DNA of 61,620 bases, counting the filler, from Choristocarpus tenellus KU-1152 (lineage: Eukaryota; Protista; Phaeophyceae): NCBI GenBank assembly GCA_964200185.2. It is 8 parts of 8 records of this genome, joined end to end, with 100 filler letters (N's around TTAATTAATTAA, not from the genome) between each part and the next. Parts side by side here need not be neighbours in the genome. Positions count along the whole stretch, not along the records: positions 1 to 23,282 come from CAXNAD020000253.1; 7 more parts are not named here. One strand, given 5' to 3'. Positions within the stretch are counted from its first letter, which is position 1. The number at the start of each line of letters is the position of its first letter. The notes under the pieces were generated by a model, which saw only the letters and a list, made by a program, of their open reading frames with translations, searched no databases and was not told where the DNA came from. Shown piece by piece: positions 1 through 11,244 of the stretch. The position numbers and the translations under genes were made by a program.

Positions 1-3000
1 CAAGTCGTAGTTAGGAATGCTTATGGGGGGTTGGAAGGTAGTGGGGGGGGGTGCCAAGGCCTGTGGGGTGAGGTGAGTGTGGTAAAGGTTCTGGCCTGAG
101 ATGATGTATGGGGAGAACGGGTGATTTTGGGCTGCGGTGCCGGCATTTAGGCGAGCAACAAGCTCAATATGGAAGGGGTGGAGTCTTTGGCTTGTGAGGG
201 TGGTGTAAGTATGGTTGAAGAGGGCGGGGATGGGTGAGTGTGTGTCGTAGTGAGGGCATGTGAAATAATAGTTGTCATCTTCACAGAGGTTGACCATGCA
301 GGTGGGGAGAACTAGCAATCACAAGGGAGTTTACACCAATGGTCAGGTGGGAGCAACTCCAGAAAACCTGGTCAGGGAGGGAATGGATGGGGGGGGGGGG
401 GTTAGGGGTGAATGTGCAGGATGGAGAGTAGGTGGAAAGGTGGGATGGCAGAAGTGGGAGAGAATGGTCGGGTATGAATGGATTGGAGGAAAGTCTCTGT
501 TCCCAAGCTGCTTTCCATGGCAGCATAGAAAAGTTCGGGAGAGGCTGTGACATGGCAGATGGGCAGGATGGGGTTTGGGGGCGGGCATGAGGTGAAGGAG
601 GTGTGAGGTGAAGGGGTATAGAAACAACTATCTTTGGGAAATAGAAAATGGGCAAGACTTCTGTGTGGGTAGGCGTGGTTGTTGACGGGGGGGGGGTTAG
701 AGTTCCTGGTGTGAGAGGCTGGCCATCGGATCCCAGTGATACCCCCTGCCCCATTATGGATACCTGCTCTCCCAACTCGTTCCTTGAAGTGTGTGCTGGA
801 GGTGTGAGACCCACTCTCTGCGAAGTGTCACCATCCTGCAGACCCTGTCCAACTCTTCTTGCAGTCATGTCAGATCCTATATTGTCACCCGATGTTCTCC
901 CTTCCCTGTCCTATGTACCAATACTACGCTCCTCCATCACAGTCCTATCCCGGTCAAAGGCAAGGAAGAAGTACAATTTGTAATCCCTTTCCTAAGAACA
1001 TATGCCCTGCTTACCAATATTAAATCAAGTATGATTAGACTAGAGTGCACTTTCTTACCAAAATGAATTAACCACAAGAAGCATCTTGAAGAGTCTCTCT
1101 GTAATGCCTCAAGGTTTGAAGAACTGTGAACAGGTTTAGAAGACTGGTGCAGATCGTAGGAAGTCAGGAGATGCCTTAATGTTGATACAAAGGTGATCGC
1201 TGGAGGGGTGAGGTACAATGGGAAAGTGGGATGAAGACGCCTACACAGTCCCTGTTTCTGCTCTGATCAGTTTTTGGTTCGTTACTGTAGTGGCCATGTG
1301 ATCATCTCAATCTGGAGTGGTTGATTAGAGTGTCCTTGGTTGTGAGAGTCTTCCAGGTGAATGTAAGGACATAGCACAACCTGAATAACAGTGATTGACA
1401 GTCCATGTGCATACAAATAGGACCCACTTGACTTTAATTCACAGGGTAGGTAGAGCAAACCGGACACAGTGTGAAGCAAGAAATGCTTCCATGGATGGTC
1501 GCAAGACAAGCTCCATTATAGGGTGATTTTGTATGCGTTGTTGGAAGGGCAGGTTTCTGATATCAAGACCTGAGAACCAATTTCCATACACAGGGTAAAT
1601 GATGCTAGGAGGCACTAGAGACTCATTTGATGCACAGGCCAAATCCCAAGCTGCCTCAATTTGGATAGCTTTCCCTTTCTTCAAGGAGATAACAGGGCGT
1701 TGTGTGATAGACCCTCAATGTTTCAGCATTGCATTTCAGATTGCAGGTAGAAAATGAGATTTCATAAAGTTACCAAAATAAAGAGTAACTGCCATTCACT
1801 TTGAGGGGTCTCAGAGGAGCTACAACCGGAAATAGTTTGAAAATCATTACAGTCTACTTGGTAAAAATCACGAGGTATGACAATGACCTCATCAGCAAAG
1901 TCCAGATATCTCATCATCACAAACAGGCCATGCAGAACCATTGCCGGTAACATATCACCCCTCCTTCTACGCCACCATGGAGGGTTATCACTGTGGCCAG
2001 TGTATGCTGAGAGCTTGTGAGTGGATCACCTACCCAACTGTGCAGGTTAAAGGCAATCCCAACGCAGACACAACCTACACATGCAAACTCGTGGAGTATA
2101 ACTGCTGCACATAAATAAGCTTTGTACTGTGGGGACTGCAGGAACCGCATTAACATATCAACCAAACTAAGAATAATGTCATGTTCTGTTCAAAGGGTGG
2201 AAAATTAGGTTAGGTACTCCTCAAAACATTTCAGGTACAAGGATTGGCACATAGCCAGTGTGAAGATGTGGACCAACAGCATGGGAAGATAACCGATATC
2301 TATCATTCACCAGATATGTTGGCATTAAATGAACTGTGTTCACAACTGGCCACTGTCACGGATTCACTGATATAGTGCTAAAGAAAAAATGCTTAAAATG
2401 ATAAAAAAAAATTGATATGATGAGTGCTGGCATCAATTCCCCTCAAAGAAGGTTGTTATTGAACCCTGCTGACCCTGCCCCCTGCTCTTCTTGGATGACA
2501 CTGTTTTAAGAGTTTTTCCTCTTCCTCGTCCCCTCCCTCGTCCTGGATCGGTTGACGAATGAACTCGTTTCCCCAATTGCCTCCTTGCATGTGGAGAGTG
2601 GCCTTGTTGTCCTCCCTGTCAAGGATTAGGGAGATTTTTTTCAAGGGGACAAGGATGGACATGTCACAGACGGCAGCCAATAGTATCTTAGTTACTCAAA
2701 CATGAAGCAAGGAATGAACACAGTAACAAAGGTTTGCATAGGTAATGGTTGATAGGATTATTTGTACGGGCTCGGAGTATGAGTATTAAATCCCCAAACA
2801 TGGAGAATTGAATACACCAAGATTACAAAGGTAAAGAGTGACTAAGGTGCCCCTAAACAACAATATTTGGAAATACTATCAAAAACAACAACAAAGGTAC
2901 AACTTCAACCAATCGTGACAAAGGCATACTACCCTCAACAAGAAGGCTTTAACTGTGGCAATGAGCTGGAAAAGGTAAAACACAACCAACACCTTGTCCA

Positions 3001-3645
3001 GAATATGGTTTTGTGCTTGTGCAAGACATTGTTGCTTGCTGTTTGTTCTTGCTTGAGAGTGAATTGAGTTCACTCACAAACTCCATACACCACCTCTTTT
3101 CTTCCTGAGCCATGAATATGTAGCCAACTCACCACTACTGTATCATCCATGCACAACCTTTCTTCCTCCCATTCTTGGTGTTTATTTGCGTGATCAAAAA
3201 CCCACACATCTTTGTCACCATTTTGTCCAAAAACGAAACTCTCATTACAATTTTTTGGCTTGGTCGCCATAAAAACACAGGAGGATGCTGTACATACTTG
3301 AGGAAGGAAGCCATTTTTGAGCAGAATTGGGATCCTGGAACGCAATCTACATGCCTAGACAACTAGGACCTGGACTGACCACTCGGCAACAGTACCATCC
3401 CTTCCCCGATATACATTCTACCCCACCCCTTTTCTTATCTCACTCTGCCATCCTATTGATCTACCCATTCTGGAGTTGGGACTTAGGAAATCCAACAACT
3501 ATGCCAACAAGAATGGCTTCAACATCTACTATCAAATTGGGCCAACACAATGCATTCACCCTGACACCTCCCCTAACTTCTCAACCCCAGTATCCTACCC
3601 ATTTCTTCTCAATACATACAAGTACTACATAGTGCTTAGTACTTT

Positions 3646-4828
3646 TCAAACAATCTTGTTCCTCACCTGTTGCATCCACACCTCTCTCTGAATCTCCACT
3701 GGAAGTGCTGCAAGCACCTCAGGATCTACCTCCCCAAACCTGCCAGCCTCCCCCCCTCTGCCAAACACAATTCGCCCTATAGATGTGTTCTGCCCTCCCC
3801 CTTCCACTTGCCCCTCCCGAGAGCATTGATTACCACTACTAATTCCAACTTCTAATGTTGTTTCCAATCCCTGGGTGGCGTCAACCGTAGGTGCAGTCAC
3901 AGGGATGGTTTTCCCCCACTGACCATGGCGTTTGTCTTTACTTCTTGAGTCATTTTCTTTGGCGATAGCAGTAAGGAGGGGAGTGAGAGCAGTAGTGGCA
4001 GCAGGAGGAATTTGAACAATGGGAGCCAACTCATCCACATGGTCTGTTGTATCCAACCTATTATCCAAGGTGGACCCTGTTGATTCACTGCCATTGCCAC
4101 AATCACCGTTACCTCTGCCACCAAGACTGCTTTCAAGACTGCAGTAGTCATTGTGACCTCTACTACCATCCAAACAACTACCCTTTTCAGCAACCAATCC
4201 TACTGTACCTGTACAGACTGTGTATAATTGATTTTCTCTCCTCCTCTCCCCCTCCTCCCATCTCTTGGCATCAGAGCTTAGCCCTAAGAAGCTCTTATCT
4301 ATTTTTCTTCCACTATTGGGTACATCACTGTTGGCATCACCACTTCTGGAATCACCAATAGTGGCTCCTACTTTGGCAGTGCCACATCCTTCATCATTGC
4401 CAACCCCCGGTCCTGGATGCAAAGTATGCCATCCTTCTGGATTCAATCCACATGCACCCTCCTCATCTTGTTTTACCTTTGGTACCTCAAGCACACTATT
4501 GGATGGAGCAGTTCTTCTTGTCCCTGCAATTCCCACTGCGTAAGGATTTGATACATGTACTTGCAGCCTGGGCTCTGACTCTGGAGTTGGTTGTGACTGT
4601 AGCTGTAGCATCTTAGCTTTTGGCAGAGGCAGGGGGAGTGATGATGGGGTTATTTGATGCCCTGTCTGTTGGGGCCTGAAAAAGTTGGTTATTCTGGGAA
4701 CGTTCTTGGGTGTGTCTTGGAAGGAATGGGCAGATAGGGAGAGCAGGGACAGTGGTTTGAAGTGTAGACCTCCCTGCAAAGGTACCAATGGTACCAGGCA
4801 TGACAAGGACAGACAGACAGACAGACAG

Positions 4829-4875
<47 letters not shown>

Positions 4876-7800
4876 TAGTTGGGTGGAAATTTCTGATTCT
4901 CTGACACTCTTTGGTTGCTATAACAACAGCACCATATGTACCAGACTCCACCTTACTCATGTACTACAATATTTGCTAATAATCAAAAACTGTTCCATGC
5001 CCTAGAAATCGTGCTTTAAGTAGTATGTACTGATCTTGCATCTCTCCTAAGAACAAAGGAGAAGAAATAAAAAATATAGAAATTTCTCTTTCCTTTCTAA
5101 TCCAAACAAGCACACGCACACTACCAAAAAATAAATAAAAAGGACACTGGAGAGGAAGAGGGCAAGGTCGCTGGTTTGTAGTACAGTGTAATGGTGTAAT
5201 GGTGTAAGAGGTGAGTACCATTGCACATCGATCAACAGTTCCCAATGTTCTTAAATTGCCTATAAACTCTTATCATCTACTCCCACTCCTACTCCTCCTC
5301 CCCTCAGCCTCCCAATACCCCTGTCTCTCAAAATTTTTCTTAGGCATACATTCAATGCATTAGAGTCATGAGATTTTGTTTATCCACATAAATGCCTTTC
5401 TTAGGCATACATTCAATGGATTAGAGTCATGAGATTTTTAAAATCCACATAAGCGCCTTTCGTACCTCCTTCTCCCTCATGTCTCGCAAGAGACCCATTG
5501 CCATCTTTGCCATTGTGGACACTTCCAACTCCCCCATTCTACCGCTTCGGGATGTGCTCTTTGACTGCACCAGTTAGGTCCAGAATCCATCACATACACA
5601 GACAGTATCCATCACATACACAGACAGTATCCATCACATACACAGACAGGGGAATGTCTCCGGGGGTGAGTGTCAGTAGTTTGTGTGTGTGAGTTTGGGA
5701 GGGTTGTTTGCAAGGATACTGGTGAAAACACACACACAAACCCTAACCCTAACCCTAGCCCAAACGAGAATTAGACAAACTAAACAATCATACTCTCTAT
5801 CTCTCACATAAACACACACACACACATACACAAAGCAGAATCCTCACCTCTCCTACATTCTTCCTCCTACAGACAGATGTAAATTTTATGTTCACTATTA
5901 ATATTATATATATATATATATCTGGAGCTTATTCATATTATGCAGTAATGATAATGCAGTGTGACTTTCCACCATGTGGTACCATGTGGTACCATGCAAC
6001 CAAAAACCGCCAAAATAAAATAGTACAGTAAGTAACATGAGCACGAGATGGCACTCATGCCTTTCTACTCCCCCTCCTTGGTATGCCCTTCAATTGACTG
6101 CGTTACCTGCCCTGTGAGACAGAACCCGACCACAAGAGTTGCGGCCACCTGACCCTCCCTCTCTCGATGTGTCACAAGGCGTTCGCAGAGTTCTTTGGAC
6201 AATTCTGTTAGCCAGTGAAACAGTTCGCTCTCCGAGCTTTTTTTTTATTATATTTGTACAAAAAAAATCCAATCCCCGTGTCAATCCCCATGTCACGGGT
6301 GGGTCAATGGGGTGATAGGGGAAGAAATCAATCAGTTGAAAATTGAAGATATGGTGATGACAAGATGGTGGAGGTTGTATCATCACGTTGCAGCATCAAT
6401 ATGGTCAATTGGCTAAGAGAACCTGTGGCTCACCCTGTTTGGTCTAAATGTTCCATATGCTGCCTTCATGTCTACCTTGATGTTTCAACAGTTACATCTC
6501 AGCTTTCATCTCACGTTGACAACATCCCAAAGGGTCTGGAAACTGAGCCAAAAGTAGGTGGCCTTATGTACACCAAAGGCCACCGAATAGTCAGTCATAC
6601 CTTGGCTGGCCAATCCTTTTTGAGACAAAAGGAATATCCTTCTTCAGTATCAAACTCCATAATCCTTACTACAATCCTTACTGCCCTTGAAGGTACTTTC
6701 TTACCATATACCCTTACTGCCCTGTGCAACAACTACCTAGAGTCTCTTTGTGAAAATCCAAGTGCAAGGAGAAATAACAGGAGTGGTCTAACCATTGTTC
6801 TGTTACAAAATTGTGAACACATTAATAATACCCACCAGCCTTACAGGGTGGCAGTAGAGATAACACTCACAAAGAGTACAAATTTGCATGTATCATATCC
6901 CAATACACAAGAGGATTCGGATTTCTTATCCCAGTACATGCCAATGACCAATACATGCAAATAAATAACTCAAGTGACAGATAACTCTCCATTCCCCCAT
7001 ATTGGACAGCAACCCTACTGCACTCATTGATATAGTGGTGGACTGAAGAAACTTCCTAGAAACGTAGGGAGAAGCGATTACCTGATTTGACTCTTGCCAG
7101 GGAAGGTTTTGCTGGATCCAATGCTCTTTGGGGCAGAGCCAGGCTTTACAGGCTCCCTGTCGATGCCCTGAGACCGCTCCCATAGCTGCCTGCCCCCTTG
7201 CTCCCCAAATTTTCGCTGAAGTTCTGACAAGGATATCATGGATACCTCACCTAAATTTTTGCAAGCACTTAGGTATGTTCACCAATGTGTATGTGTGTGC
7301 GTTTGTGGAAGGGGTGGGGGGGGGGGAGAGCAACTGGTGTGCTCAAATAGTTTTTTAAATGCTAGCAGTTAGCAGTATCACAAGAGACTAACCCTCGACA
7401 TTTTATACTGGCAAGGTATTATAGTACTCAGCATGATATACCCCTTCAAATGCCTATACACTGTAAACAGGAAAACTCAAGTCCAAAAAAAGTCTTTGTT
7501 TGCACTTAGAGCTCTAGGCAGGTTATAGTATTACCCTCTCATTCTCCTCTGTTAAACTAAAGTGTTAGGGTCTGTGAAATACCAAAAAACCGTTTTCACC
7601 TGCAGTGGAAACCCCAAGTTCTGCCTTGAGCCTGTGTCCAAGTTTACCCCCCCATCCACGAACCTTCTCGAGTGGGAGAGTTTCAAAGAGCAAGGGTACC
7701 ATGGCTAAGGGCAGGATGGTCTGTCCGTTGGGCTTGTGCATATTGCTGCCCACCTTGGCTAGGAGTTTGTTGTGTGCTACACCTTTTGAACATTACGCAG

Positions 7801-10800
7801 GAAGCAGAGTAAGAGGGCATGTATGTAAGTACCATGCAGCATGTAGTAAAATGGAAGTTGGTGCATGTATGTCTCTGTATTTCCTGCTATTGATAGAAAT
7901 AGTAATGGGGTTCCAGGAGGTGGAGTTAGTCTACTACAATAATGGAGGATTAGAATGAATGTATATACTACTTTCTAGAAGTATACAGCAAGGGTTGTAA
8001 AATTGTTAATCAACACGTGTGTGTGAAAAATAATATTACAAAATGTACATATTTCATATCTTGAACTCCTGTTCCTAAAATTTTAACCACATTGCAATAC
8101 TCTCTCTCGGACCAATATAAATTTATAAATATAAATTTATAAATATAACTTTATAAATATAACTTTGCTTGGGATCTCAAATGACTGCATGTACAATATA
8201 TATGTGCCATATAAAAAAAAACGTATTTATTACTGATATCTGTTAAATATCTGCAAGAGGCTTTTCCATGTGCCATATCATGTCATTAAAAGGGAACACA
8301 TGAAATGGATATCTACGTACTCTTGAACAGAGACAGGTGTCTAACACTCCAATGAATGAGTAATAAATGGCTTCTCAGAGGAGGGATCACTAGAAAGAAG
8401 AGGAAGACCAAAAAAGAATTATTGTATGTCCACCACACCACATACAGAGGTCAATCTTTCCGGTCAAGAGGAGATAGTCCGTTTTTTTGACGAGGAGGGC
8501 AGGGGCGGGAAAATAAGTCAAGAGCATGAGACCATTATCAGGAGGTATGTTGGAGGTATGTTGGAGGTATGTTGGTGCAAAGTGACCTTTTCACAAGACT
8601 TGTTCCTCATCCCTCTCACCTGCTGAGCATGTGTAACCCAAATGATGGAACACAGCCTTACGAAGGTGAGCCACCACTGCTGCACCACATGCCAACAGCA
8701 TCTCATCCTGGCCCCACCTGTGTAGGGGCCGAGACCACCACCTCTGACTTTTGTCACTTTTGACACTGGAGTGAAGGCTATTGGCGGAGTTGGTGCTACT
8801 GCTACCTTCGGGGTCATTGCCACCGTCACTGTTGATACCATCATCAGCAACATTGTTGTTTCCACCACTGGTGATGTCTGTGCCTCCTGCTACCTTTATC
8901 ATGGAAGAAATTTGCAGTGGGGTGGAGAGGGGGGAAGACAACTATTACCGTGGGTTGAGGGAGAGAATGGAGTACGGGGGTGGAGCGAGGATTAATTTAG
9001 GTGAACAGAAAAGTGGCCAATGGGTGTGAGACAAGCTCAATGAAACTCCTGCAGAGCAAGCAAAATGAAGGCAGACTAACACAAACACAGAAAGAGCCCC
9101 AGAAGCAGGGAATGCCACCTTTGTGCCTGTTGCCTCAGCCACCACTGTAAACCAGCCCCCCTTGCCAATTCTCTCCCAGGTACTGTTGTTGCCACTGCTA
9201 TATCCCTGTTTGACCCCTCCTCTCTCCTCCTTTGTCGCGACCAAGCTTGACAACCCAATAGCCATGCCCTCCCCTTCCCCTGCCTTGTCCTTTTCATATT
9301 TGTCATGACCATTCCCCAGTTCCTCTTCCTCCACTGGTGCATGTGCCCTGCGATTTCCATTTCCCCCAGCTGCCTTTCCCCAATCCACATTGGAATCAAA
9401 AATAGGTGTCTGGGGAGGAGGGGTTACATCCTGTGAATAGCTTTCCACATTTTCTAGGAGGCGTTTTGCTGCCACAGTAACATCTATGTACACTTCGTCT
9501 GTTGACGCCTTCTCTACTGCATTGGATCCCCCACATGCCTCTTCCAGGACTTCCACCACCTTGATCCCACTCTCCCTGTCGAGGGTGGGTAATCAAACAG
9601 GGTGTTGGGTGGTGGGAGTAAAGGTGCAATACTTGTAAATGCATCTTTTTGAGGGGTTTGTGGAGTGGAGACTTGTGAGACATGCATTAGCCAGGAGACA
9701 CGAACAGTGTAAACGATCATTGACATACAGACACTACAAAAAATACTCAGAACATCAATACTGCAGACACAGAACATACACCATACAGTTAATACAGTTA
9801 CTATGCAGTATTTTAACTGTTTGCATCTGCATTTACAAGCTAGCTACATCCTCAGACTGGTTTTTCTGTTGTAACCTCAAATACTAAACTTCTCCGAGTA
9901 CATCAAATCACATCGGTCTACTGTACATTATGGCATATTGAGTACCCACCCCCCTCCTGCCACTGCAGCACCTCCCTATCTGGTTCCATGCATAACATCT
10001 GCTTGTCCTAAGTGGATGAAAGGTGTCAAATCAAAACCTGTAATGAGAGATGTCAGCCTTCATATTTCTTGTTGGAACCTGAACCAGTTTAAGGCTTGGG
10101 CAGACGGCCTGGGCTTCTGCAGCCTTCATGCCCCTTTTCACCTGGAAAGGCGTAGAACCAGTGGTAAATACAAGTATAGCTTCTTGTTGGACAGGGGAAG
10201 TATAGCAGGGCAACAGTCATGGCCAACGTGTAATGCAAGGCAATCAAGCTATGCAGTTTCAGATCAAGGGGCTACTCCAACTTAACAAGGATTGCTATAG
10301 AGCAGGCAATCAAAGAATTGTCTCAGTTATGGCGTGCAATAAAATATTCGAGAGAAAAAGAATCCAACACCACAAGCTCCCCTTTGATGCAACTGTCCAG
10401 CTTTTTGTTCAATATTGCTTGACGCCAAGGAGTACTTCGGGCTTACCCCGAAAGGACGGGCTTGGTAGCTGACTGCGATGATCGAAGAGGCAGAGCTTGA
10501 CACCACACGGTCATCATCTGCCCTTAGATCAGGGAGATCACGCCTCGATGTGGGGTACTGCACCACCGCCACGGGTTGACCACGTAGGGAAGTATCTCGA
10601 CCCTTGATACAGCAGGGATTGAGTCGAAGTGGATGGGAGTAAGCGTTGAAGTTGCAATTGAATGTCTCATAATTCGGATTAGGTGACAGAAATTTGGATT
10701 TATCTACAACATCAGAAGTTGAGGTGGCTTTGCTACAGGGTTATCCACACTGCCGATTAAGGGGCGTGAGTCAGTTGGAAAGGGAGGGAAATATTTGAAC

Positions 10801-10993
10801 TTAAGATGCATACTGATGGAGACAGGTATACCAATATGGACCCACTAATTCCCATCATAGCTTGATCTTCTATGGCTCAGGGAAAGATAACAGAGACAAA
10901 ATCCCACATTGTACCTCACACCTGCTCCACTTGTGCATAGAAGGCGTCCATATCGATGTGGGCCACTACACGCAACGGATCCTTGGGACCCAT
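3646..10993 (-). CDS. POLH: DNA polymerase eta (Y-family translesion polymerase), 10 exons, about 923 aa
   Basis: Phase-consistent GT-AG exons: 10922-10993 (MGPKDPLRVVAHIDMDAFYAQVEQ), 10447-10602 (PVAVVQY...IIAVSYQARPFG), 10038-10141 (VKRGM...VQVPT...KADISHYR), 9119-9575 (EKASTDEVYID), 8620-8893 (LGYTCSA), 7600-7782 (GVAHNKLLAKVGSNMHKPNGQT...VRGWGGKLG), 7082-7250 (PKSIGSSKTF), 6107-6236 (FHWLTELSKELCERL), 5466-5564, 3646-4773. These are the canonical Pol eta motifs. The 3' end is uncertain (possible donor near 3666). Confidence 0.95.
4808..4872. repeat. Compound microsatellite (GACA)n(CA)n(GA)n in a POLH intron
   Basis: Read directly. Confidence 0.95.
5337..5650. repeat. Two small tandem repeats flanking POLH exon 9: about 61-bp x2 (5337-5460) and 22-bp ATCCATCACATACACAGACAGT x3 (5585-5650)
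   Basis: Read directly. Confidence 0.9.
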
Positions 10994-11244
10994 TAGGGAC
11001 CTGGACAACATGGACCTCGAAGTTGGGCCTGACATTACCCCACATATGTGGAAATAGAGCTCTGCTTGGCCTTATCCTCTCTTGAAACACAGATTTTGTA
11101 ACCAAGAAGGCCCTGAGAAAGCCAACGTGATCCGAACGAAGTTGTCACAACAAGGGTTCAATAGTGTGTTCAATTTTTAAAATATGAACGCTGCAATACC
11201 TATTGAACTCCCTCTATTGATACCATGAGAAAATCATCCTTACC
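10994..11244. promoter_or_regulatory. Probable bidirectional promoter between POLH and the divergent unknown gene
   Basis: Only 251 bp separate the two predicted divergent start codons (10993 minus, 11245 plus). Confidence 0.6.

Noticed and set aside
1-2700. Strand-skewed region with several short ORFs
   Set aside because: Possibly decayed retroelement or exons, but no diagnostic motif could be identified.
6365-6964. 199-aa antisense ORF in a POLH intron
   Set aside because: No recognisable motif or splice support.
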